Source: Patescibacteria group bacterium
GTDB taxonomy: Bacteria; Patescibacteriota; Microgenomatia; UBA1406; GWC2-37-13
Assembly (NCBI GenBank): GCA_041660945.1
Contig: JBAZVK010000002.1
Coordinates: forward strand, 284,882 to 348,881
Direction: 5' to 3'
Length of the DNA: 64,000 nucleotides
Below are positions 1-8,964 of the stretch, in pieces; positions within the stretch are counted from its first letter, which is position 1, and every line of letters starts with the position of its first letter. The notes below the pieces were generated by a model. It was given only the letters and a program-made list of their open reading frames with translations. It made no database searches and was not told where the DNA came from. A program made the position numbers and the translations under genes.

Positions 1-438
1 GAACCTTTTGCAGGAAAATTAGCAGCTTTTCTTTTTGCATTTGGAATTATGAATGCCGGTTTTATGGGTATAGTTATCGTTGGCTTATCAACTACATACG
101 CATTTTCCGAGTTTTTTGGTATAACAGGAAGTCTTGATTCCCCATATAATAAAAGCAAGATTTTTTACTTAATATTTATTGGTCAGATTTTTGTCGGAAC
201 TTGTATTGCAATGCTTCCAGGTGTTGATCTTTTTAAAATCGTTGTCGCCAGTCAGATTTTAAACGCTATGGCTTTACCACCGATATTTTATTTTTTAATT
301 AAGTTTACAAGCAACAGTGAAATTATGGGAAAATATGTTAATAATAAATTTCAAAAATGGTTTGCGATTGGTGGGACGGTGGTTATAACGCTTGCATCAC
401 TCTTCACTGCAATTTACACAATTTTTTCATATAGATGA
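1..438 (+). CDS. Nramp/MntH-family divalent metal transporter, C-terminal fragment (5' end lies outside the window)
   Basis: The frame is open from base 1. The product is a hydrophobic multi-TM tail (…VVASQILNAMALPPIFYFL…) typical of the last Nramp helices. TGA stop at 436-438. Confidence 0.55.
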   Translation, partial: EPFAGKLAAFLFAFGIMNAGFMGIVIVGLSTTYAFSEFFGITGSLDSPYNKSKIFYLIFIGQIFVGTCIAMLPGVDLFKIVVASQILNAMALPPIFYFLIKFTSNSEIMGKYVNNKFQKWFAIGGTVVITLASLFTAIYTIFSYR

Positions 439-1394
439 ACGGTTACAAAAACGCCTTCATCACGGGCTCCATTGCTTATGATACGATCATGAACTTTCCG
501 AACGAATTTCAAACTTATTTTCACCCGGAAAAACTTCATCAGATAAACGTTTCATTTGTTGTCAACAAACTTGAAAAGCAATTAGGTGGAACAGCTTGCA
601 ATATCGGATATAATATTGCCCGAATTTTCAATAAAAAAACTTTAATCCATATATTGGGTACAGTTGGCAAGGATGGAAAGGAGTTTGTAAGATTTTTTAA
701 AAAAAATAATATTGATGTCAATGGCGTTATTATCGACAAAAAGTTGTATACCTCGGCCGGGTCGGTTATCACTGATATAAAAAATAATCAGATATGGGGT
801 TTTTATTATGGAGCCTCGGAAACAATTCCTTATATTGATTTTAAATTAATCAATAAAGAGACCGACCTTCTGGTAATCTCGGCCAATCATCAAAATTCTT
901 TTTTATATTTTCAAAATATGGCAATCAAAAATAAGATCCCCTATTTCTACGATCCGGGAATGACACTGACTTGGATAAAAGATAAAGATTTAATGGCAGG
1001 GGTAATGAATTGTCGATATCTGGTTGGAAATGATTATGAAATTGCGATGATCTTGAAACGGTTAAAGAAGTCCGTTAACGAGTTAACGGATTATGGGTTA
1101 AAAATAATAACAACGTTGGGAGAAGAAGGTGTTCGTTATCAGGAAAAAACCCTAGGGACAATTCATGGATTGTCCTTACAAATAAAATCAATCAAGGTAA
1201 AAAATATGATCGATCCGACAGGAGCAGGAGACGCATGGAGAGGTGGTTTTATCGCGGGCTTGTTAATGGGTAGTTCTACAAAAGATTGTTTAAAATTAGG
1301 AAACGTCATGGCTAGTTTCGCCATTGAGAAATATGGAACGGTGAATCATAAGCCAACGAGGAAGGAAATTAATAAAAGACTAAAAAGCCTTTAA
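435..1394 (+). CDS. PfkB-family kinase, bacterial adenosine kinase-like
   Basis: The N-terminus ITGSIAYDTIMNFPNEFQ…LHQINVSF…GGTACNIGYNIA resembles the mycobacterial AdoK type. It has the PfkB signature DPTGAGDAWRGGFIAGL and sits directly upstream of ahcY and metK. Confidence 0.7.
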   Translation: MNGYKNAFITGSIAYDTIMNFPNEFQTYFHPEKLHQINVSFVVNKLEKQLGGTACNIGYNIARIFNKKTLIHILGTVGKDGKEFVRFFKKNNIDVNGVIIDKKLYTSAGSVITDIKNNQIWGFYYGASETIPYIDFKLINKETDLLVISANHQNSFLYFQNMAIKNKIPYFYDPGMTLTWIKDKDLMAGVMNCRYLVGNDYEIAMILKRLKKSVNELTDYGLKIITTLGEEGVRYQEKTLGTIHGLSLQIKSIKVKNMIDPTGAGDAWRGGFIAGLLMGSSTKDCLKLGNVMASFAIEKYGTVNHKPTRKEINKRLKSL

Positions 1395-1450
1395 TTTCCA
1401 ATTTTCAGTTTTCAATTTTCATTGAATTTTCAATTAATCAATTTTCAAAC
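1395..1450. repeat. Heptamer-repeat element, copy R1 (TTTCCAA TTTTCAG TTTTCAA TTTTCAT + 26-nt tail AATTTTCAATTAATCAATTTTCAAAC)
   Basis: Read directly. It has the same architecture as 24229-24291, and the tails are near-identical with one indel. Inverted partners (TTGAAAATTG, TTGAAAATTT) follow at 1479-1508. Confidence 0.8.
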
Positions 1451-1518
1451 ATTGATAATTGCAACATTGTAAATTTATTGAAAATTGCAAATTGGTAATT
1501 GAAAATTTATATTTACAC

Positions 1519-2787
1519 ATGTATCATTACGAAATGAAATATGATATCAAGGATATTAAGCTTGCTCCTTTAGGAAAACAATTAATTAATTGGGCTTATT
1601 TGCAGATGCCGGTTTTGGATTTAATAAGAACAAGATTCAAAAAAGAACAGTCTTTAAAAGGCGTAACAATCGCCTGTTGTCTTCATGTCACTTCAGAAAC
1701 CGCAAACTTGATGATCACTTTAAAAGAGGGAGGAGCTAAAGTATTTTTGTGTGCGTCCAATCCTCTATCTACCAATGATGCGGTTGCGGCATCTTTAGTT
1801 AAAGATCACGAGATTCCGACCTTTGCGATAAAAGGCGAAAATAACAAAAGTTATTATTCCCACCTGAACAGCGTCCTTGACGAAAAACCTAATCTAACTA
1901 TGGATGATGGTGCAGATTTGGTTGGTTTACTTCATAGCAAAAGAAGCGATTTATTGAAAAATGTAATTGGTTCCTCGGAGGAAACGACAACGGGAGTAAT
2001 CAGACTGCGCGCAATGGAAAAAGATAAAGCTTTGAAAATTCCGGTATTGGCTGTCAACGATAATTTGACTAAACACTTATTTGATAATCGGTATGGAACC
2101 GGTCAGTCAAGCATCGACGGAATAATCAGAGCGACCAACATATTGCTAGCCGGAAAAAAGTTTGTCGTCTGCGGATATGGGTGGTGCGGACGAGGAGTTG
2201 CAATGAGGGCCAAAGGAATGGGAGCCCATGTAATCATAACGGAAGTTGATCCGGTCAAGGCGCTTGAGGCGTTAATGGACGGATTTTTAGTAATGACATT
2301 AAAAAAAGCAATTAAACAAGCCGACATAGTGATTTCAACAACCGGAGACAAGCATGTGATCAATGAGGAACATTTAAAGGCCGCAAAACCAGGGGTTATC
2401 TTGGCAAATGCCGGACATTTTGACGTTGAGATAAACAAAGATGCCTTAAAAAAATTGGCTAAAAAAATTACACGGGTAAGGCCAATGGTTGAAGAATTTA
2501 ATTTAGGGACAAAAAAGATCTATCTTTTAGCCGAAGGAAGATTGGTAAATCTTGCGGCGGCCGAAGGACATCCAGCTTCAGTTATGGATATGAGCTTTGC
2601 CGGCCAGGCGATGGGGGCGGAATTTATTTGGAAAAATAAAGGCAAGTTGAGAAACAAGGTTTATTCACTTCCTCAAAAATTAGATGAGGAAATTGCCCGC
2701 TTGAAATTAAATTCTGAAGGTGTTAGGATAGATAAATTAACTAAAGAGCAAAAAAAATATTTAAATAGTTGGAAAGAAGGAACTTAG
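1519..2787 (+). CDS. ahcY: Adenosylhomocysteinase (S-adenosyl-L-homocysteine hydrolase)
   Basis: Typical AhcY blocks are present: [18 protein letters not shown], and the NAD fold [12 protein letters not shown]. The ORF opens at 1459, but the ATGs at 1519 or 1534 ([11 protein letters not shown]…) fit the usual N-terminus better. Confidence 0.9.
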   Translation: MYHYEMKYDIKDIKLAPLGKQLINWAYLQMPVLDLIRTRFKKEQSLKGVTIACCLHVTSETANLMITLKEGGAKVFLCASNPLSTNDAVAASLVKDHEIPTFAIKGENNKSYYSHLNSVLDEKPNLTMDDGADLVGLLHSKRSDLLKNVIGSSEETTTGVIRLRAMEKDKALKIPVLAVNDNLTKHLFDNRYGTGQSSIDGIIRATNILLAGKKFVVCGYGWCGRGVAMRAKGMGAHVIITEVDPVKALEALMDGFLVMTLKKAIKQADIVISTTGDKHVINEEHLKAAKPGVILANAGHFDVEINKDALKKLAKKITRVRPMVEEFNLGTKKIYLLAEGRLVNLAAAEGHPASVMDMSFAGQAMGAEFIWKNKGKLRNKVYSLPQKLDEEIARLKLNSEGVRIDKLTKEQKKYLNSWKEGT

Positions 2788-2791
2788 AGAA

Positions 2792-2900
2792 GGAATATCA
2801 AGAGAGATGGAAAGAGATTTAGCTCGATATTATCCATCCAGCAGCCGATCCCGCTTAAACGGGGCACGGTGCTAATCCTAAAGAGGATACGTTCCGCTTA
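2792..2900 (+). promoter_or_regulatory. SAM-I-clan riboswitch (SAM-I/IV-like, no obvious P4) upstream of metK
   Basis: Conserved core strings are AUCAAGAG (2797-2804) and GGUGCUAAUCC (2868-2878). P1 is GGAAUAUC/GAUA-CG-UUCC, P2 is GAUGGA/UCCAUC, and an inner hairpin is CCCG-CUUAAA-CGGG. It sits directly 5' of metK. Confidence 0.6.
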
Positions 2901-2915
2901 GCGGAAAAAAATAAT

Positions 2916-4019
2916 ATGTATACGTTTACTTCAGAATCTGTTTGTTCAGGACACCCCGATAAAATTTGCGATCAAATTTCTGATGCTGTTTTGGATGAAG
3001 CCTACAAAGTAGACAAATATTCCCGAGTCGCCGTTGAAACAATGGTGACGAAGAATTTTTTAGCAATGGCCGGAGAGGTAACTTCAAAAGCAAAGCTTGA
3101 CTATAAAAAAATTGCTCAACGGGTAGTGGAAAATCTTGGTTATATAATTCCAATCTTAAATTTTTCGGCAAAATCAGAAATTATTGTTAAAATTCATACC
3201 CAGTCACCCGAAATTTCCGTAGGAGTTGATAATCTCGGCGCCGGTGATCAGGGAATGATGTTTGGATATGCCAGTAGTGAAACTAAAGAATTGATGCCCC
3301 TACCGATTATGCTGGCTCATCGGTTAGCAATGGGAATAGACATGCTTCGGGAGACGAAACGTCTCCCCTACCTAAGGCCGGACGGAAAAACTCAGGTAAC
3401 CGTCGGTTATGAAAAAGGTATTCCTAAGACGATCGAGAACGTTGTTTTAGCAGTACCTCACGGTGAAGAAGTTGAATTAAAGCAAGTTAAAGAGGACCTA
3501 TTTAATCATCTGGTTGTTAACGTGTTAAAGAGTTACGGGTTTAAAATTAAAAAAAATAAAATGATTGTCAACGGAACAGGAGCATGGCATATTGGAGGTC
3601 CGGCGTCAGACACAGGAGTAACCGGACGAAAAATTATTGTTGACACGTATGGTGGAATGGCTCGCGTTGGCGGTGGCGCATTTTCCGGAAAAGATCCGAC
3701 TAAAGTTGACCGTTCAGCTGCCTATGCCGCCCGTTATTTGGCAAAAAATATTGTTGCCAATAAATTAGCCGACCGCTGTGAGGTCAGACTAGCTTATTTT
3801 ATTGGCGCAACAAAACCGGTAATGCAGGAAACGGAAACATTTGGAACCGGAAAAAAATCGGCAAAAATAATAAGTAGTTTTACAGACAAGTTATTGGATA
3901 CATCTTTAAACGGAATAATTGAGGGATTAGATTTGAGACTGCCTATTTATTTTAAAACAGCAGCGTACGGACATTTCGGTCGTGATTTATTTTCCTGGGA
4001 AAAGATAAAAAATTTATAA
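2916..4019 (+). CDS. metK: S-adenosylmethionine synthetase
   Basis: FTSESVCSGHPDKICDQISDAVLD, GAGDQGMMFGYA, GGGAFSGKDPTKVDRSAAY. Confidence 0.95.
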   Translation: MYTFTSESVCSGHPDKICDQISDAVLDEAYKVDKYSRVAVETMVTKNFLAMAGEVTSKAKLDYKKIAQRVVENLGYIIPILNFSAKSEIIVKIHTQSPEISVGVDNLGAGDQGMMFGYASSETKELMPLPIMLAHRLAMGIDMLRETKRLPYLRPDGKTQVTVGYEKGIPKTIENVVLAVPHGEEVELKQVKEDLFNHLVVNVLKSYGFKIKKNKMIVNGTGAWHIGGPASDTGVTGRKIIVDTYGGMARVGGGAFSGKDPTKVDRSAAYAARYLAKNIVANKLADRCEVRLAYFIGATKPVMQETETFGTGKKSAKIISSFTDKLLDTSLNGIIEGLDLRLPIYFKTAAYGHFGRDLFSWEKIKNL

Positions 4020-4021
4020 AA

Positions 4022-4528
4022 TTATTTTTTCCAATCTCTTTTTATTTTAAGAAAATCTTCTCTAATAGAAAGATCAGCTATATGAAAAAACCACTCTTGA
4101 AATATTTTAACAATAAAAATTACTATCAAAATTAAAATGTAAGTCGTTCCTTGCAAGATTAAAGGAAAATAGTTTTTACCGAAAAAAATCAATATAAAAA
4201 CCCACTCAAAAAAATTTGGAAAGAAAAGAAGAATTCCCCTATATCTGCTAATATAATAAACAAACTGACCGATTAATCTGTAGATAAAAAGAATTAATAA
4301 AAAGATCTTATAGTCAGGATAATTAATATTTGAAAAAATCATTATATTAATAAACCACCACAGGTCTAGATTTTTGTCGATTAATTGATAATGTTTTTTT
4401 GATACAACCATATGGGCAAAATCTGCATCGATTAAATCAAGAAAAACTGATAAAATAATGGATATCAAAGGCCAAACAAATATTAAGGGAGCAGTCAATA
4501 TTCTCAGCAAAATAACAAAATAATACAT
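4022..4528 (-). CDS. Hypothetical polytopic membrane protein (weak CDP-alcohol phosphatidyltransferase-like motif)
   Basis: 168 aa and very hydrophobic. DLIDADFAH-x8-QLIDKNLD loosely resembles Dx2DGx2ARx8Gx3Dx3D. Confidence 0.45.
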   Translation of the reverse strand: MYYFVILLRILTAPLIFVWPLISIILSVFLDLIDADFAHMVVSKKHYQLIDKNLDLWWFINIMIFSNINYPDYKIFLLILFIYRLIGQFVYYISRYRGILLFFPNFFEWVFILIFFGKNYFPLILQGTTYILILIVIFIVKIFQEWFFHIADLSIREDFLKIKRDWKK

Positions 4529-4540
4529 TAGTAAAAGTAT

Positions 4541-5668
4541 ATGAAAAATAAATTAAAAATAGCAATGATTTTTTCGTCTGATCCGTCTCAAGCCGGCGGA
4601 GTTCAAGAGCATATTGCATATTTGTCTAAAGAGTTGAAGAAGCTTGGTCATAGGGTTGATGTTTATGGTCCTGAAAAAAACATTTATCCGTATATTAATT
4701 ATCATCCTATCTCTAAAGTTGTTATTTTGCCCGTACCTAATGGTAATTGGGCCAACATCACTGTAAAAAATGATGAAAAACACGAAGTAGCAGAAATAAT
4801 AGAAAAAGGGAAATTTGATATTATCCATATTCATGAACCATACATTCCTTTTATTAACTGGGACATATACAAAAATACTACGGCTGTGAAAATATCCACT
4901 TTTCATACTGCATGGAATAACGATTCCATAATCAATTTAATTAATCCATTTTTAACTTTTTTTAAAGAAACCTTCTCATCATATTTTAAAGCAGCCATTT
5001 TTGTCTCAAAGATCGGAAAGAAAAGATGGAAGGACTTATGCGAAATAAATGTAATTCAAAAAGTTATCTATAACGCTGTAGATAACACTGTTTTTACACC
5101 GGTAAAAAAAGATAAAAACAAAATAATCAATTTGTTGTTTGTGGGAAGGATAGTTAACAGAAAGGGGTTAAAATATCTTTTGAAGGCAATTAAAAAAATA
5201 GTAATTAATTATTCAAATATTAAATTAACTGTTATCGGAGATGGGCCGGAAAAATTAAAATTAGAAGAATATGTCAGAAACAATAAATTAAATAGATTTG
5301 TAGAATTTAAAGGTGAAATATTAGGAAAAGAAAGAATAGGCTTTTATCAAAAAGCCGATATATTTTGTGCTCCATACACAGATGAAGCTTTTGGAATAAC
5401 GATTCTTGAAGCTTTATCCTGCGGGATACCTGTGGTTGGTTTTAAAAATGAGGCGTTTTTAGAGATTCTTAAAGGTTACCCGTATCCGAGATTATTTGTG
5501 ACTAATAAAAATGTTTTAAGGTTATCAGAGGCTTTAAGAGAATTAATAAAAAATGAAAAAAAAAGAGAGGAAATAGGCAAATGGGGAATAGAAAGAGTTA
5601 AAGAGTTTAATTGGATTAAGACTGCAAAGGAAACAGAAGAGTTATATCATCGAATTTTGAAAACATGA
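4541..5668 (+). CDS. Glycosyltransferase, GT4 (GT-B fold) family
   Basis: The C-terminal block EAFGITILEALSCGIPVV and the overall layout match GT4. Confidence 0.8.
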   Translation: MKNKLKIAMIFSSDPSQAGGVQEHIAYLSKELKKLGHRVDVYGPEKNIYPYINYHPISKVVILPVPNGNWANITVKNDEKHEVAEIIEKGKFDIIHIHEPYIPFINWDIYKNTTAVKISTFHTAWNNDSIINLINPFLTFFKETFSSYFKAAIFVSKIGKKRWKDLCEINVIQKVIYNAVDNTVFTPVKKDKNKIINLLFVGRIVNRKGLKYLLKAIKKIVINYSNIKLTVIGDGPEKLKLEEYVRNNKLNRFVEFKGEILGKERIGFYQKADIFCAPYTDEAFGITILEALSCGIPVVGFKNEAFLEILKGYPYPRLFVTNKNVLRLSEALRELIKNEKKREEIGKWGIERVKEFNWIKTAKETEELYHRILKT

Positions 5669-7410
5669 AAAATATAAAAAATTTTGCTATTATCGCCCAC
5701 ATCGATCACGGTAAATCAACATTGGCGGATCGACTGCTTGAGTTGACCGGAACTGTCGAAGCCGGTCATCATGAGGCTCAGATGCTTGACCAAAACCCGA
5801 TTTCACGTGAACGGGGAATTACAATTAAATTAGCACCGGTTAGAATGAATTATCAAAATTATGTATTGAATTTAATTGATACTCCGGGCCACGTTGATTT
5901 CTCTTATGAAGTTGATCGAACGCTTGCTTGTGTTGAGGGAGTTGTTTTATTGGTTGATTCGACCCAGGGAATTCAAGCCCAAACGATTGCCAATGCCTAC
6001 AAAGCGATAGAAAAGAATCTGGTCATTATTCCGGTCGTCAATAAAATAGACATGGTTAACGCCGAAGTAGAAAAAACAAAGAAACAACTGATTGATTTCT
6101 TAGGTATTCGAGACACTGAGATTTTTTGTGTATCGGCAAAGACGGGAGAAGGAGTGCAAAAATTATTGGAAACAATAATTGAAAAAATCCCTTCTCCAAA
6201 AGAAACCTCGGAACAAACCGCAAAAAATTTGTTATCCTCGGTTTCTTCAAACAATATTCAAGCTTTGATCTTCGACTCCTACTACGATTCTCATCGCGGA
6301 GTAATTGCTTTTGTTCGTGTGTTTGACGGGGAATTAAAAAAAGGCAAGAAAGTCCGGCTTTCCGCTGCTAATGAAACTTTTGAAGTTCAGGACGTCGGGT
6401 ATTTTAAACCGGAATTAACTTCGCAGGAATTTCTTACAAATGGTGATATCGGGTATGTGGTTACCAATTTAAAAGATATCCATAAAGTTTCCGTCGGTGA
6501 CAGTATCGTGACCGATCCTTCGTTATCTTTACCTGGATACAAAAAAGTCAAATCTATGGTATTTGCTTCTATTTTTCCGACAGATACCGGAGATTATCTT
6601 AACTTGCAAAAAGCACTAGAAAAGTTATATCTTAATGATTCTTCGTTGGAGTTTTCATCTATTCATAGTACAGCTTTGGGAGCGGGATTTAGAGTCGGTT
6701 TTTTAGGTCTCTTGCATGCCGACGTAGTCCGAGAAAGGCTAGAACGGGAATTTGATCTTTCTTTAGTGCTAACCCCGCCTCAAGTCAGATTTAAGCATGA
6801 AAACAATAATTTTTTTGAGCCTTACGTCAAAGCCATGATTGTTTGTCCCGATACCTATGTCGGTGTTGTCATGCAATTATGTCAAAACTACCGGGGAAAA
6901 TTTATCAATATGGATAATAAAAATCAAACTGTTTTGGAATACGAGCTACCAATGTCAGAACTAATCTCTGATTTTTTTGATAACCTGAAAAGCGTTACTT
7001 CTGGTTATGCTTCTTTGGACTGGGAATTTTTGCGCTATCAACAGGTAAAGGCAGATAAACTAGAGCTACTTCTTAATTTAGAACCGATCGACGAATTTAG
7101 TGAGGTCGTTGTTGAGGAAAGAGCATATGATAAAGCCAGTTTTTTAACATCCCGTTTGAAAGAATTAATTCCCCGTCAGCAGTATGAAGTAAAAATTCAA
7201 GCAAAATATAAAGGTAAAATTATAGCCTCTTCTCGTTTAGCTCCGTTCCGCAAAGATGTTTTAATTAAAAGCGGAAAACTGGTTGGCGGCGGCGACTTTG
7301 GCCGAAAGCGGAAACTTTTGGATAAACAAAAAGAAGGCAAGAAAAAGATGAAGATGATCGGAAAAGTTGAGATACCAAAAGAAGCTTTCATGAAATTATT
7401 TAAAAGATAA
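5665..7410 (+). CDS. lepA: Translation elongation factor 4 (LepA)
   Basis: G-domain motifs AHIDHGKST, DTPGH and NKID, plus the LepA-specific C-terminal region. Confidence 0.95.
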   Translation: MKNIKNFAIIAHIDHGKSTLADRLLELTGTVEAGHHEAQMLDQNPISRERGITIKLAPVRMNYQNYVLNLIDTPGHVDFSYEVDRTLACVEGVVLLVDSTQGIQAQTIANAYKAIEKNLVIIPVVNKIDMVNAEVEKTKKQLIDFLGIRDTEIFCVSAKTGEGVQKLLETIIEKIPSPKETSEQTAKNLLSSVSSNNIQALIFDSYYDSHRGVIAFVRVFDGELKKGKKVRLSAANETFEVQDVGYFKPELTSQEFLTNGDIGYVVTNLKDIHKVSVGDSIVTDPSLSLPGYKKVKSMVFASIFPTDTGDYLNLQKALEKLYLNDSSLEFSSIHSTALGAGFRVGFLGLLHADVVRERLEREFDLSLVLTPPQVRFKHENNNFFEPYVKAMIVCPDTYVGVVMQLCQNYRGKFINMDNKNQTVLEYELPMSELISDFFDNLKSVTSGYASLDWEFLRYQQVKADKLELLLNLEPIDEFSEVVVEERAYDKASFLTSRLKELIPRQQYEVKIQAKYKGKIIASSRLAPFRKDVLIKSGKLVGGGDFGRKRKLLDKQKEGKKKMKMIGKVEIPKEAFMKLFKR

Positions 7411-7419
7411 AATTTAATG

Positions 7420-8322
7420 TTACTTCTTTTGTTGTATCTTGGCAATTTTGTAAATTGAAAACAAAAGTATCACTCCAGCCGCATACTGCGCCGGTGCCAG
7501 AAAACTTTTATACAAAGTCGCATCAATAAATACTGCAAGGAGCGGATACACAAGTTCGAGAATAGTTGATACATTTGCCTGAACTTTTTTTAATCCCCGA
7601 TAATAAATTACGACCGAAAACATTCCGGTAGAAATTGCAATAAGTAAAAATCTACTCAGTTGAGACAAAGTTGGTGAGCCTAAGCTTTTACTTTGACCAA
7701 GAACAAAGACCATCCCAAATGCCAGTATGCTTGTTAAAAAAAATCTTATAGCTGTTATATACATACTTGGTCTTTTTTGCAGTGCTAACTTTGAAAGAGC
7801 TGTCGAGGATCCCCAGGCAAAGGCTGCGCCAAGTGCATATAGTGCGGCAACCATGGTCCCTGTCCCGGTCGAGAGATTAATTATGCCATTTTTGAACGTA
7901 ACAAAATAAGCGGCAACCAAAGCAAGAATAGCCCATTTGATATAGGATTTTGTAATTTTTTCTTTAAGAATAATTGCCGCTGCAGAAATTGCAAAAATGG
8001 GTTGCAATTTTTGAATAAGATAAACAACGCTAAAAGAAATAAAATTTGTTTTGAGAAGAGCTGTGGTAAACCATAAAGTTCCAAGAACCCCACTGAACAT
8101 GGAAATAAAAAGAAGTAGAAAAAATTCTTTTTTTGTTATGCCTTCTTTTTTAAAAGTTAAGATAAGATAAGGTAAAAGAATGGCTGCTCCGAACAAATGT
8201 TCATAAAATACAATAGTAATTGAAGGTAATGAGAATAAACTTCGTCTGATAACTCCATCTAGTGCCCAAAGGGAGGCCGCAATAACAATCAACAATGGAC
8301 CGTAGCTAAAAAATTTACGCAT
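7420..8322 (-). CDS. EamA/DMT-superfamily permease, candidate riboflavin importer
   Basis: 300 aa with about 10 TM segments in a two-EamA-repeat layout. It lies directly downstream of an FMN riboswitch on the same strand. Confidence 0.8.
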   Translation of the reverse strand: MRKFFSYGPLLIVIAASLWALDGVIRRSLFSLPSITIVFYEHLFGAAILLPYLILTFKKEGITKKEFFLLLFISMFSGVLGTLWFTTALLKTNFISFSVVYLIQKLQPIFAISAAAIILKEKITKSYIKWAILALVAAYFVTFKNGIINLSTGTGTMVAALYALGAAFAWGSSTALSKLALQKRPSMYITAIRFFLTSILAFGMVFVLGQSKSLGSPTLSQLSRFLLIAISTGMFSVVIYYRGLKKVQANVSTILELVYPLLAVFIDATLYKSFLAPAQYAAGVILLFSIYKIAKIQQKK

Positions 8323-8411
8323 ATGAAACTAAAAAATTAATAATGTCCGGAGTGAAGAAAGAAGAAATATAATACAAAAAACAATGACTTTAATAAAAAA
8401 GCCACTATCTT

Positions 8412-8527
8412 TTCCTTCTTTCCTCCCGACTGTACGGTCGGCCCCGGAATTACACCGGATCATGTCCCGCTGAGCGGAACTCGTGGGCTATACCACCGAT
8501 TGGGAATCACACCCTTCCCCGAAGGAA
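8412..8527 (-). promoter_or_regulatory. FMN riboswitch (RFN element)
   Basis: The minus strand reads CCUUCGGGGAAGGGUGUGAUUCCCAAUCGGUGGUAUAGCCCACGAG…GAUCCGGUGUAAUUCCGGGGCCGACCGUACAGUCGGGAGGAAAGAAGG. All the conserved RFN blocks I recall are present. P1 is CCUUC/GAAGG. Confidence 0.85.
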
Positions 8528-8538
8528 CGATTAAGAAC

Positions 8539-8567
8539 ATTCTACAAATTAAAAATATTTTTTGCAA
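8539..8567 (-). promoter_or_regulatory. Putative sigma70-like promoter for the riboswitch/permease transcript
   Basis: On the minus strand: TTGCAA, 17 nt, TAGAAT. The -10 ends about 12 nt upstream of riboswitch P1. Confidence 0.45.
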
Positions 8568-8590
8568 TGTCAATTGATTTCGGATACAAT
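8562..8590 (+). promoter_or_regulatory. Putative promoter for the riboflavin kinase gene
   Basis: TTGCAA (8562-8567), 17 nt, TACAAT (8585-8590). The ATG is at 8599, so the transcript would be leaderless or nearly so. Confidence 0.4.
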
Positions 8591-8598
8591 AAAGGCCT

Positions 8599-8964
8599 AT
8601 GCAATTTGAAAGTATCCATATAAAAGGAAAGGGCCGGGGAAAACCGATGGGATTTCCTACTATTAATTTAAAGATTCCGGATAATTTTGAATTAAAGAAC
8701 GGTGTTTATGCGGTAAAAGTTGTAATTAAAAATAAGATTTTTAAAGGAGCTTTACATTATGGACCAGTACCGACTTTCGGAGAACCACAAAAAAGTTTGG
8801 AAGTTTATTTAATTGATACAACTTCACAATTGGAGGATTTAGAGAGTGAGAATATCAAAGTAGAAATAATTAAATTTTTAAGAGATGTGATCAAATTTAG
8901 GTTAGTCGAAGATTTAGTTGAACAGATAAAAGAAGATGTTAATAAAATAAAAGAATTATCTTAA
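8599..8964 (+). CDS. Riboflavin kinase (monofunctional, RibF C-terminal-domain type)
   Basis: GKGRGKPMGFPTINL, GVYAVKV, HYGPVPTF, LEVYLID, FLRDVIKF. Confidence 0.8.
   Translation: MQFESIHIKGKGRGKPMGFPTINLKIPDNFELKNGVYAVKVVIKNKIFKGALHYGPVPTFGEPQKSLEVYLIDTTSQLEDLESENIKVEIIKFLRDVIKFRLVEDLVEQIKEDVNKIKELS

Noticed and set aside
1395-1515. Possible SAH riboswitch upstream of ahcY
   Set aside because: The leader is almost pure A/T heptamer repeats. It has none of the GC-rich pseudoknot core of the SAH riboswitch.
1459-1518. N-terminal extension of ahcY ([20 protein letters not shown])
   Set aside because: It is encoded by the repeat/dyad leader and is not part of the conserved AhcY N-terminus. 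The ATGs at 1519 or 1534 fit better.
2891-2906. Hairpin GTTCCGCTTAGCGGAA as a classical intrinsic terminator of the SAM riboswitch
   Set aside because: It is followed by an A-run, not a U-run, on the transcribed strand. I kept it only as a possible part of an unresolved expression platform. Its similarity to the P3 hairpin of the FMN riboswitch (GTTCCGCTCAGCGGGAC) is probably coincidental.
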